Positions 46,168 through 55,281 are shown, counted from the first letter of the stretch. The stretch is DNA of 64,000 bases from an uncultured Candidatus Saccharibacteria bacterium (GCA_964557535.1 CAZLAD010000002.1:21560-85559); one strand, 5' to 3'. Notes: generated by a model from the sequence alone, not told the origin. Numbers and translations: made by a program.

Positions 46168-48780
46168 TTACTTGATATCTTTTTTAGTTTCCACATTCTT
46201 GATACCCCAAGTTTCAAAAACCTCTCCTGTTATCCTTCTTAGATTTTCATTTTTTGATTTTATTAAATCAGGCATTTTTTTATCTAAGGGGTATTTCGAT
46301 AAGTTAACCCATGGCCACTGGTTCTTTTTAAGAAAACCGATTAATTGTTCTTGGGCGGCTTCATCGGAAGCATTAATCTTATCGACTAGCATGTCCATAA
46401 ATTTAGATGCGTATTCTGAGGGAGGAGGAATTTTTTGGAATCCTTGATTGATAAAATTAGCAATATTATCTGACAAGGCGGCTATATGTTTAGGGATGAT
46501 TCTTTTCCATATCTCTTCGGGTGTGGAAATATTTTGTTGAATTATAAAATTTAGACTCTGAATAAGAACATTAATATCAACTGAATCTTCAATCTTTTTC
46601 AATAGCTCCCCTTCGATCTCGGAAACCTTCCACGAACTATCGTCGGCTTTTGAGACTGCCCAAGTCGTAACGTCTGCATTTAAATCGTATACTTGTTTTA
46701 GAATTTTCTCTTTTAAGATTGTAATTCCGTTAGGTATAAAATATTTCAAAATTTCGAATCTCTTATCTCGTAGATCGTTATTCTCTCCTAACAAACCATC
46801 AGCAAAAGTATTTTCCATACCTTCCATTTCTTTTTGTACCGCAGGTTTATCTAGTTGTGGAAATAGATTTAACATTCTATTTGTTAAATCTGTTGGATTC
46901 TGAGGATAGAAATTCCTGTACCATCTAGTAAGTAGAGAGCTTGTGAAAATTCCAGGCTCAATAATGTTTGCGTTATCAAAATCGTTGGAATTTAGTATAA
47001 AATCAAATTTATTTTTAAAGCCATCGAAGATCGATTGTTCCTCGATAAGATCAATCCAGTGCGTAAAAGAATTAACGATATCAAATTTTTGTGCCAAATT
47101 TACAATAAAGTTGAGGTCTACGTCTTTTAATTTATCTGCAAATATTTTATGAACGGAATACTCTTTGGGAAACTGGGCTAATGCTATCATCAGAGCTTTT
47201 AAGATGCTTCCTCGTGTTTCTTCACCAAGACCTGGTAGTCTAGTCGAGACTACGCCCGCATAGTTAGATAAATTATTATCCCCAGAAGAAGCAAGAACGT
47301 TTTTTATTTGTACTGGATCACCAGTATCAATAATAGAAACAAAATCATCCCCAGATAATCCTCTATGATCACCAAAACTTGCATCTGCCGCCAAGAAAAT
47401 GAATGGTCGTATGTCAGCAATATCTAGACTGAAACCTTTATAGAATCTAGGATCCTCGTAGAGAAATGCCTCTATGAAACTTTTCTGACCCGAAGACATA
47501 TCTGTTCCGTACTTAGTTACTTCTTCATTTATTTTTACAGAATCTTTTTTCTCAACTAGGTACTCTAACTTTAGAAGTATCTCTTGATCATTGACAATTT
47601 TATCAAAAAGAGGCGGGCAAAGTTCTTGTAACATCAGAATACGTACTACGAGGAGGGGTTTATCGAGCATTTCCATAAAGTATTTCTTTTGTATTTCATC
47701 CTGATCACCAGATTTGCTTTGAATGATTTCAAAGGTGAATAATGTAGTTTCAATAAACCTGATAATTTGGCGATAGTTCTTACTGAAATATTTTTTTAAA
47801 TATCCGGCAAAAATAGTTTTATCATCTTCTTTAAGGAATATCTTATCTAGAGCCGAGTCTTTCTCCTTTAGCTTTTTATCAATGAATGAATCGATTTCCT
47901 TTTCTAATGGGAGAGGTAGGCGCCAATAAATATTAAATATTTTCTTTAAAAATCTTCTACCCTCCTCAAGTTGTTCAGGGCTGTTCGAATCCGGAAGAAT
48001 ATCTTTACCTAAATATCTTTCTAGAACGGTATGATCACCTGTTACCACGAATGTAATATCTTTTTTATCGAAGAACGTTCTTAGGTTATCTAGAACAGTA
48101 TGAGCAATTTCTGGAGTTACCCTATCAAGATCATCAACAAAGATAACAGGCTTCTTTTTATCTGATTTAAACGCATCAATAATTTTTCGCAAAAGCTCAT
48201 CAAATTGATCAATTGTAGAAATGGCATGATTACTTTTTTGCACAGTAATCATATTGCCCACAATACCAAGAAAGATTGGTATTCCCATTAACATTATCAA
48301 TGACTTCCAGTTTTGGATGAAAAGTTTGAAAGGATCAGAACATTGCATAACCATGTATACAATAAAGATCGCACCTGCAATCAAGAATAGATTTCCCCAA
48401 TGGACATTTGTCTCCGACGTGTCAAAATCTAGTGCTTTAAGGTCTTCTTTGACACCCGTATCAGTCAAATCACCAGCTAGTGTTTTCAAAAAATTTCTAA
48501 GGAAAGACGTACTATCGCTATCAGAAGCAAATTTCCAAGGATTAATTCTAAATATTTTAAATTTTTCTTCTTTAGAATCGGTCTGACTAACCAAATCTTC
48601 TTCTAATTGGTCCAAAAAGTGTGTTTTACCCTCGCCCCATTTCCCAGAAATACCAAAAATGAAGGATTCGCTATGCTTTCCGTGATTATCCTTTATTGTG
48701 TTGGCTACTTGTTTTACGAAGTATTTTTTACTATCCATAGTCTCGAATTTAGCATAAAAATCTTCATATTTATAGGGCAT
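46168..48780 (-). CDS. KAP-family P-loop NTPase (870 aa) with two TM helices inserted in the NTPase domain
   Basis: Walker A GISGKWGEGKTHF. The hydrophobic helices LFLIAGAIFIVYMVM and LIMLMGIPIFLGIVGNMI sit between Walker A and Walker B (VIFVDDLDR). A long alpha-helical C-terminal region follows. This is the defining KAP architecture. Confidence 0.7.
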   Translation of the reverse strand: MPYKYEDFYAKFETMDSKKYFVKQVANTIKDNHGKHSESFIFGISGKWGEGKTHFLDQLEEDLVSQTDSKEEKFKIFRINPWKFASDSDSTSFLRNFLKTLAGDLTDTGVKEDLKALDFDTSETNVHWGNLFLIAGAIFIVYMVMQCSDPFKLFIQNWKSLIMLMGIPIFLGIVGNMITVQKSNHAISTIDQFDELLRKIIDAFKSDKKKPVIFVDDLDRVTPEIAHTVLDNLRTFFDKKDITFVVTGDHTVLERYLGKDILPDSNSPEQLEEGRRFLKKIFNIYWRLPLPLEKEIDSFIDKKLKEKDSALDKIFLKEDDKTIFAGYLKKYFSKNYRQIIRFIETTLFTFEIIQSKSGDQDEIQKKYFMEMLDKPLLVVRILMLQELCPPLFDKIVNDQEILLKLEYLVEKKDSVKINEEVTKYGTDMSSGQKSFIEAFLYEDPRFYKGFSLDIADIRPFIFLAADASFGDHRGLSGDDFVSIIDTGDPVQIKNVLASSGDNNLSNYAGVVSTRLPGLGEETRGSILKALMIALAQFPKEYSVHKIFADKLKDVDLNFIVNLAQKFDIVNSFTHWIDLIEEQSIFDGFKNKFDFILNSNDFDNANIIEPGIFTSSLLTRWYRNFYPQNPTDLTNRMLNLFPQLDKPAVQKEMEGMENTFADGLLGENNDLRDKRFEILKYFIPNGITILKEKILKQVYDLNADVTTWAVSKADDSSWKVSEIEGELLKKIEDSVDINVLIQSLNFIIQQNISTPEEIWKRIIPKHIAALSDNIANFINQGFQKIPPPSEYASKFMDMLVDKINASDEAAQEQLIGFLKKNQWPWVNLSKYPLDKKMPDLIKSKNENLRRITGEVFETWGIKNVETKKDIK

Positions 48781-48800
48781 TCAATCCTTGACCTCCAAAA

Positions 48801-50147
48801 GTGTTTGCGTCATCCATAGAGTATATGGAAAAAGCGATTACAGGGCTTATAAGCCCACCAGTGTTACCCAGTATAGAGAAAGTCAGGTATTGTCTCTACG
48901 CTCGTAAATCCAGTGAGGATTCCAGCGAAAAACAGGCCCTTTCGGTGGATTCCCAAGTTAAGGAAATGTTGGCTATTGCCGAGCGAGAAAACTTAGAAAT
49001 CGTGGATATTCGGCGTGAGTCTCATTCGGCCAAGGATTCTGGTCAAAGACCTGTTTTTAACGAATTGGTTCGGGATCTCCGTAGTGGAAGATACACGGGT
49101 ATTTTAACCTGGGCCCCGGATAGACTTTCGAGAAATGCAGGAGATTTGGGCTCGCTCGTTGACCTGATGGATCAGAAACTTCTTCATGAGATAAGAACCT
49201 ACGGCCAGTACTTTAGAAATTCTCCGAATGAGAAATTTCTTTTGATGATTCTATGTTCACAAGCGAAACTTGAGAATGATAATAAAAGTATCAATGTTAA
49301 ACGTGGTCTTCGTACACGATGTGAAATGGGACTGTGGCCTGCGCCAGCTCCAATGGGATATTTAAATGAAATGAAGACGGACAGAAAAGGATATGTCTAT
49401 GTTGATCCAGAAAGAGGACATGTTATTAAAAAAATGTTTGAGAAAGTTGCCTTTGAAAAATGGAGCGGTAGAAAACTTTATCACTGGTTAAAGTTTGAGC
49501 TAAATTTTAAGACACCAAACGGCAATAAAGGCTTAACCTTGAGTTGTATTTATCTGATTCTTAGCAATCACTTTTATTATGGTACTTTTGAATTCCCAAG
49601 AAAAAGTGGTGTATGGTACAAAGGCATACACGAACCTATTATCACGAAAGAATTATTTGATCAGGTTCAAGAGCAGATGAGAAGCCAGTTCGTGAAATCA
49701 GAAACAAAAGAGTTTGCTTTCACGAAGCTTATGGCCTGCGGGCTGTGCGGTTCTGGCGTAACGGCTGATGAGAAATTTAAAAAGCAGAAAAATGGAAATA
49801 TACACAGACATGTTTATTATGGGTGTACTAGGGTACGCGACCAAAATTGTAAATGTGCATATATTAATGAGCCAGATCTTATTAAAGAATTTGAGTGCCT
49901 AATGGACGAAATTGATCTCAATGAGTTGGGGATGAAAGAAAAGATTAAACTTGAAATTGAACGATTCAAAAAGTTCCAGAAACTCGTTTCTGGTAAAAGC
50001 CAAATCATCAAAATTGATGAGGTTGATATACGAAATTACGCAAAGTTTGTTTTGGCTGAAGGAGCGCTGATTGAGAAACGTGAATTGCTTGGGAATTTAA
50101 AAGGAAAGATTATATTAGGAGATAAGAAAATCTCTTTAGTTTCCTAA
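48801..50147 (+). CDS. Large serine recombinase (resolvase catalytic domain + recombinase domain + zinc ribbon)
   Basis: YARKSSEDSSEKQALSVDSQ (catalytic Ser), DRLSRN, and CGLCGSGV...YYGCTRVRDQNCKC zinc ribbon. 448 aa. Confidence 0.8.
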   Translation: MFASSIEYMEKAITGLISPPVLPSIEKVRYCLYARKSSEDSSEKQALSVDSQVKEMLAIAERENLEIVDIRRESHSAKDSGQRPVFNELVRDLRSGRYTGILTWAPDRLSRNAGDLGSLVDLMDQKLLHEIRTYGQYFRNSPNEKFLLMILCSQAKLENDNKSINVKRGLRTRCEMGLWPAPAPMGYLNEMKTDRKGYVYVDPERGHVIKKMFEKVAFEKWSGRKLYHWLKFELNFKTPNGNKGLTLSCIYLILSNHFYYGTFEFPRKSGVWYKGIHEPIITKELFDQVQEQMRSQFVKSETKEFAFTKLMACGLCGSGVTADEKFKKQKNGNIHRHVYYGCTRVRDQNCKCAYINEPDLIKEFECLMDEIDLNELGMKEKIKLEIERFKKFQKLVSGKSQIIKIDEVDIRNYAKFVLAEGALIEKRELLGNLKGKIILGDKKISLVS

Positions 50148-50954
50148 TTCTTTTTTAAGAACAAAAATTTTCTTGGTAATCGTGAATTGAATAGTATTTC
50201 CTAGATCTTCGTACTTGAGCTTTTCTTTTAATTCGGGGTTAAATCTTTCGCGGATGTATTGGTTGAGCTGTTCAAGTTTCGACATGTCGCCGCCGAGCTC
50301 TTGTTCAAGTCGTCGAATAGAGTTAAACCGATAGTGGATAGGATGAAATTCATGAATGTTTCCGAAACCAGCCTTTTTAACATTTTCAATAAATTCATCT
50401 TCTCTAAAAAAGTATCTCTCGGTCATGAGCATGTCGAAGCCGCTCAATTCGTCTTTCTTGCGGATAATGTCTTGGAACAAGGTTTGAGTTTCATTGTCGA
50501 GCATGATGTCCCAGATGACAATCTTGCCAGTTGGCTTTAGTAACTTGTGGAACTCTTGTAGCACCTCGAGTTGCAAGGCCTTGGAAACCTCGTGGAGCCC
50601 CATTTTGAGTGCTATGGTATCGAAAAAAGATTCTTTGAATGGAGCTCCGGGCAAAGATGCGACAGAAAATCTTTCGGCTGGAAGATTTGGCAAATTTTCT
50701 CTCGCTCGCTGTACCTGTACATCACTTTCATCGACGAGATAGACGACTGCGTTCGGATTTCTCTCTAATACCTCTTTACCGATAGCTCCATATCCGCCCA
50801 TGGCGTCCAAAACGATCTCACCATCTTTCGGATCAATAGCATCAATAAACGCCTTTTTATCCGCAGGGTCAATCGAGTGGATGTACTCATAGGAAACTAT
50901 TCTATTGTCGAATCCTTGTTTCATAATTTTACAGATAATCTCCTCCGCTTTCAT
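50136..50954 (-). CDS. Class I SAM-dependent methyltransferase
   Basis: VLDAMGGYGAIG (motif I), YLVDESD (acidic post-I), KPTGKIVIWD. Confidence 0.65.
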   Translation of the reverse strand: MKAEEIICKIMKQGFDNRIVSYEYIHSIDPADKKAFIDAIDPKDGEIVLDAMGGYGAIGKEVLERNPNAVVYLVDESDVQVQRARENLPNLPAERFSVASLPGAPFKESFFDTIALKMGLHEVSKALQLEVLQEFHKLLKPTGKIVIWDIMLDNETQTLFQDIIRKKDELSGFDMLMTERYFFREDEFIENVKKAGFGNIHEFHPIHYRFNSIRRLEQELGGDMSKLEQLNQYIRERFNPELKEKLKYEDLGNTIQFTITKKIFVLKKELGN

Positions 50955-51750
50955 TTTTGAATTCCTTTCTGAATTGTTTCCATCCGATAAGATTGCCCAT
51001 TCTTTTTCTTGTGTTTAGTGCTTGAGCGACATGCTCGAATGGACTCCAGTGTCCAGACGAAGAAAGCCTCTCACATAATTTTAGATCGCTATTGATATCA
51101 GAAGTTTTTCCATCAAAAAGAGAGTAACTCACTCGTGCGCATCGAGCCGCACTAATCTTTTTTCTCATCTCTAGATCAAGGGTATGTTCAGTGTCTAAAA
51201 TAAAAGGAAGATGCCATTCATCAGATTGCAATATGTTTGGTTTCTGATCCTGTAAGAGTAAATTCATCCTTTCTGCGACATATCTGATTTCAGGCTGAGC
51301 GGCTTCGTTTGATCTTAGAGAAATAAAGTTGGACCACTCTGTCGCAGTTATAATCACATCAACCATGAGCCAAGGTTCTATGAGTCGATTCACCACCTCC
51401 TTATGCATTCCTAGTTTTTCTCCCAGCCAATGAAAGAAAACAGGTACATACCTAGACCAAAGCCATATCTTTTTTGCCAAGAATAGTTTTAGACCTCTAA
51501 AGGGCTTGCCAGATTGCATGCCAGCCCTGTTCTCACCGAAATATACTGGCAAGAAAGGATCATTAAGAACATATTTTCTAATTCTTTTTGCTGGAATAGC
51601 CCTACTCGAGGCAGAGTTTCTTGAAAGCGTTCGATGACTAATGATATGTCCCCAAAGAAATTTGGGGATCTTGAGAACAAAAGTTGCCAGACGCTTTTGG
51701 GTATCTGTTGATTCAGAATAAGTAATTAATGATACTTTAATTTTATTCAT
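50929..51750 (-). CDS. ThyX-like (flavin-dependent thymidylate synthase fold) protein with altered motif order and a degenerate signature
   Basis: N-terminal FVLKIPKFLWGHIISHRTLSRNSASSRA aligns with the ThyX segment [28 protein letters not shown]. The first Arg of the RHR signature motif is replaced by Ser. C-terminal AARCARVSYSLFDG...GHWSPFEHV resembles the ThyX N-terminal segment AARVSFD...GHETPFEH. Confidence 0.5.
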   Translation of the reverse strand: MNKIKVSLITYSESTDTQKRLATFVLKIPKFLWGHIISHRTLSRNSASSRAIPAKRIRKYVLNDPFLPVYFGENRAGMQSGKPFRGLKLFLAKKIWLWSRYVPVFFHWLGEKLGMHKEVVNRLIEPWLMVDVIITATEWSNFISLRSNEAAQPEIRYVAERMNLLLQDQKPNILQSDEWHLPFILDTEHTLDLEMRKKISAARCARVSYSLFDGKTSDINSDLKLCERLSSSGHWSPFEHVAQALNTRKRMGNLIGWKQFRKEFKNESGGDYL

Positions 51751-52879
51751 GTTTGTCTAGTATATCAGTTACCGTATCAGGGACGTCGATAAACCCAAGC
51801 TGTCCAATTTCGTTGTTTGTCAGAGCTTCTAAAGTTGATCCGTACAATAGGCCAATAGTACGTTCGATTTCTTCTGGGGTTGATTCGTATCGATTACCTT
51901 TGAATGTTATTGGAAACCCGTTGTTTATGAGTACCAAATTATCCCAAATAACATCTCCATGGATTTCAGAAGATTTAATACTGTTTTTTCTTATGTATAT
52001 TGTCGGGAACTCGCGATCAGCCGATGACATACTTATAAGGTAGAGCTTATAATCTAAAAGATCTTTAATTTCTTGAAGCTGTTCCTCGTTTAGAATATTT
52101 GAACCCGTCACACCAACCACAACATTAATATTATTATCTCGAATCAGGTTCACTAATTCAGATTTATCATGGTGAGCAATATCGTACCCTAATGCAAAAT
52201 AACCTTTCTCTTTAAATATCGAAAGCGTATTACTACCCATAGGTCCTAGTCCGACAACGAGAATTCTTGGTTCAGCAATGGAATACTGCTTGAACGCATC
52301 TACCATTCTATTGCACCCCAGCTCCGCGATGAGAGGACTTTCTTTTATAAGTTTGACCGAAGCACGGGCGACATTGAATATTGGGAAATGAACTTGTGAT
52401 TTTTCAAGCTTTCTAAAACCAGATGAGGTTTGTTCGATGCCGATGACAGGAATCTCTTTGGATATAGAATCAAATTTATCATTTACGATTCTAAGCAACT
52501 CTCCACCATCATCTAAAATAATAACTTTTGAAGGATTCTTGATCCGAGACAAGAATAAATCGAGTTGCTTGGTGCAATTTTCAGCATGTTCGATATCGAA
52601 TGAGACAGATTGATCGAAGTTTGGTTGGACAACATTAAATCCAGCGTCAGATAATTCTTTCAATACTTCATTACTGGTTGAATAGATCTTGCCGAAGATA
52701 TGAATGTTCTCTTTTGGAACACCAAACTCTACCAATAACTCAAACATTTTTGCTTGCGACTCGAGTATGTGCTGACAGGCGAGAATATAGACATTATCAA
52801 ATCCACCCTTTTTTGAATCAAAATAACGGGAGATCTCCTCCAGTAGAGAATACTTATAAGCTGTTTCCATGACTTCCAT
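51743..52879 (-). CDS. S-adenosyl-L-homocysteine hydrolase-like protein (divergent)
   Basis: ILACQHILESQAKMFELLVEFG...IHIFGKIYSTSNEV matches GCLHMTxQTAVLIETLxxLGA...CNIFSTQDHAA. VIILDDGGEL matches ILDDGGDL. NAD-binding VVGLGPMGS matches AGYGDVGKG. Confidence 0.55.
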   Translation of the reverse strand: MEVMETAYKYSLLEEISRYFDSKKGGFDNVYILACQHILESQAKMFELLVEFGVPKENIHIFGKIYSTSNEVLKELSDAGFNVVQPNFDQSVSFDIEHAENCTKQLDLFLSRIKNPSKVIILDDGGELLRIVNDKFDSISKEIPVIGIEQTSSGFRKLEKSQVHFPIFNVARASVKLIKESPLIAELGCNRMVDAFKQYSIAEPRILVVGLGPMGSNTLSIFKEKGYFALGYDIAHHDKSELVNLIRDNNINVVVGVTGSNILNEEQLQEIKDLLDYKLYLISMSSADREFPTIYIRKNSIKSSEIHGDVIWDNLVLINNGFPITFKGNRYESTPEEIERTIGLLYGSTLEALTNNEIGQLGFIDVPDTVTDILDKHE

Positions 52880-52950
52880 TATACTAAATCCTTAGGTGTT
52901 TTAACCTAGGGACTTTCAACGCGTCTCGAGCGCGATAACCTAGCTCAAGT

Positions 52951-53024
52951 TGGCTGCGGAACCTGGACTCGAACCAAGATACCCTCCTCCAGAGGGAGGT
53001 GTCCTACCATTAGACGATTCCGCA
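52951..53024 (-). tRNA. tRNA-Gln(CUG), CCA encoded
   Basis: Cloverleaf UGCGGAA-UC-GUCUAAUGGUAGGAC-A-CCUCC-CUCUGGA-GGAGG-GUAU-CUUGG-UUCGAGU-CCAGG-UUCCGCA-G-CCA, similar to E. coli tRNA-Gln2. Confidence 0.75.
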
Positions 53025-53109
53025 ATGGTCACATTTTGCCCGAAAATAACCTTAAAATCAAGAATGGATTTATTTTGTTAAATACGCACAAAAACTCTGT
53101 GCTAGAATA

Positions 53110-53838
53110 TTGTCCATGACTGAAAACAATAAACCTTTTAGACCAAAGAAGCTTTCGATCGAAGAAATCAAGAGTGGCTGCGTCTATGTCTACGGCAAAG
53201 ACTCTGACGAGACTCAAATCTGCGTCATGAACGAAGAATTTCGCCAAGGCTTCGATATAGTGAAGAAAAACAAAGACGGAAATAAATCCGTCACTTTCTG
53301 GGGATCAGCCAGATTCCCCGTCGAAAACGAATACTATCAAAAGGCTTTACGACTCGGACGCAGACTTGCTCAGGAACTCAACTGCATGATCGTCACCGGC
53401 GGCGGCCCAGGCATCATGGAAGCCGGCAATCGCGGAGCTTATGAAATGGGCAAACCGTCTCTTGGCCTCACCATCAATTTGCCGATGGAACAACAGACCA
53501 ATCGCTACGTCACGGAGGAAATTCCTTTCTACTTTTTCTTCACCCGAAAAACACTTATGGCATATTCTGCCGAAGCATATCTGTACTTCCCCGGCGGATA
53601 CGGCACACTCGACGAACTTTTTGAAATTTTGACACTTGTCCAAACGGGCAAAATTTCCAAACTACCGATCATCCTCGTCGGCGAGAAATTCTGGAGACCG
53701 CTCGATGAGTTCATCCGCCAAACACTCGACACCGAGAACCAAACCGTCTCTCACGAAGACTTAAATCTTTATCAGATCATCGATGACGAAGACCAGATCA
53801 TCGAAATCGTCAAAAACGCACCGATGAGAAATGATTAA
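53110..53838 (+). CDS. LOG-family protein (TIGR00730 Rossmann-fold nucleotide-binding / cytokinin riboside 5'-monophosphate phosphoribohydrolase-like)
   Basis: IVTGGGPGIMEAGNRGA and YFPGGYGTLDELFE motifs. Confidence 0.75.
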   Translation: MSMTENNKPFRPKKLSIEEIKSGCVYVYGKDSDETQICVMNEEFRQGFDIVKKNKDGNKSVTFWGSARFPVENEYYQKALRLGRRLAQELNCMIVTGGGPGIMEAGNRGAYEMGKPSLGLTINLPMEQQTNRYVTEEIPFYFFFTRKTLMAYSAEAYLYFPGGYGTLDELFEILTLVQTGKISKLPIILVGEKFWRPLDEFIRQTLDTENQTVSHEDLNLYQIIDDEDQIIEIVKNAPMRND

Positions 53839-53841
53839 TTT

Positions 53842-54708
53842 ATGTCACTTGGAATATTAGCCGCCATAATCGCCATGCTCTGTTGGGGCTTTGGCGATTT
53901 TCTAATTCAACGTTCGACGAGAAAAATTGGCGACTGGGAAACACTTTTCCTGATTACTCTTCTAGGTACGATCGGACTGCTTCCATTTGTTTGGAAAGAT
54001 TTTCCAAATTTTTTCCAAAACATTGATTCGACAGCGTGGATACTTGGTGTGGCCGGAATCCTTCTATTTATAGCCGCACTTTTAGAATTCGAAGCCTTAA
54101 AAGAAGGCAAAATTTCGGTAATTGAGCCAACTTGGTCGCTCGAGATTCCGGTGGCAGCAATATTGGCGGCTTTTATCCTAAGCGAGTCTCTCACTATCAC
54201 GCAAATAATTCTTGTCGCGACACTTATCGTCGGGCTTTTCTTCGTTTCATATAAAGGCGCAATCACGAAGAAATTTTTCCTAGAAAAAGGTGTTGTTATT
54301 TCTGTGTTTGCGGCAATCATGATGGGTACAACAAACTTTTTCGTCGGCTGGGGCGCACGAGAAACGGATCCACTTATGATAAATTTTGTTATCAGCTTCG
54401 TCTCGCTTCTTGGATCTTTTATTTTTTTGGTCGTCAGGGGAAGAGTTGAAAAGACTTTTTCTCATTTGATTAAATATTCAAAAACACTTCTCCCTATGAT
54501 GGTTCTCGACAACAGCGCCTGGATCGCGTTTGCCTTTGCCATGACGCTCGCGCCAATCGGGATCACGGTCGCGCTATCTGAAAGTTATATTATCATCGCA
54601 GTAATTCTGGGGATCTTCATAAGCAAAGAAAAACTCAGCAGACGTCAACTTGCCGGGCTCTTGGTCGCACTAACCTCAGCCATACTTTTGGCGATGGTGA
54701 CTATTTAG
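53842..54708 (+). CDS. EamA/DMT-superfamily transporter (10 TM)
   Basis: Two 5-TM repeats. Confidence 0.6.
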   Translation: MSLGILAAIIAMLCWGFGDFLIQRSTRKIGDWETLFLITLLGTIGLLPFVWKDFPNFFQNIDSTAWILGVAGILLFIAALLEFEALKEGKISVIEPTWSLEIPVAAILAAFILSESLTITQIILVATLIVGLFFVSYKGAITKKFFLEKGVVISVFAAIMMGTTNFFVGWGARETDPLMINFVISFVSLLGSFIFLVVRGRVEKTFSHLIKYSKTLLPMMVLDNSAWIAFAFAMTLAPIGITVALSESYIIIAVILGIFISKEKLSRRQLAGLLVALTSAILLAMVTI

Positions 54709-54727
54709 ATTAAATTTATAAAAAAAT

Positions 54728-54843
54728 AAAATGTAACAATTTCCAGCTATAGCATGAAATTGTTACATTTTATTTTCAGGTCGGTTTGGATGTTTAATCT
54801 AAATGTAACATTAACATGCTATAGCTACTTAATGTTATATTTT
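54728..54843. repeat. Pair of related palindromic elements: E1 54728-54771 (16-bp perfect inverted repeat aaaatgtaacaatttc/gaaattgttacatttt, loop cagctatagcatg) and E2 54801-54843 (shorter stem, loop the reverse complement of E1's loop)
   Basis: Seen directly. Located between convergent genes. Confidence 0.55.
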
Positions 54844-54854
54844 TTATTTCAATA

Positions 54855-55277
54855 TTAATTCTGTCGTGCATTATCAACCCTTAGGAGTATTTCATTAAAT
54901 TTTTGTTGTAATTCTTTCCATTCGTCATTGATAGCGTCAAGATGAATGTTTCGTAGAGTCATTTCATCAATCTGGGATTGCAGTTTTCCTATATCGGATT
55001 TTATTTTTTCTATTTCTCGTTTAGATTTTTCTATCTGTTCAGTAGAATATTTAGATGTGCTTTCAGCTCCCATTATTTCTTTTTCAAGTGTCGTAAAATC
55101 CTTTTCACTTTCCGTGTGTTCTAGATAGCCCGTTTCAGAGTCTAAAATTTCGATACCCTCTTTTATTGAAACCATGGCTTCTTGAATAAGCAGTTTTTGT
55201 TCCTCGACAAATTTCTCGTTATCTCTTATCTGCTTTTGAATTTCTGGGTCAAATATTTTTGGTTTTCTACTTTCCAT
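54855..55277 (-). CDS. Coiled-coil hypothetical protein
   Basis: Heptad-like charged pattern. Confidence 0.4.
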   Translation of the reverse strand: MESRKPKIFDPEIQKQIRDNEKFVEEQKLLIQEAMVSIKEGIEILDSETGYLEHTESEKDFTTLEKEIMGAESTSKYSTEQIEKSKREIEKIKSDIGKLQSQIDEMTLRNIHLDAINDEWKELQQKFNEILLRVDNARQN

Positions 55278-55281
55278 AAAA

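Noticed and set aside
53029-53247. ORF 53029-53247 (-) next to tRNA-Gln
   Set aside because: It overlaps the start of the LOG-family gene and the tRNA-Gln promoter region, with no support.
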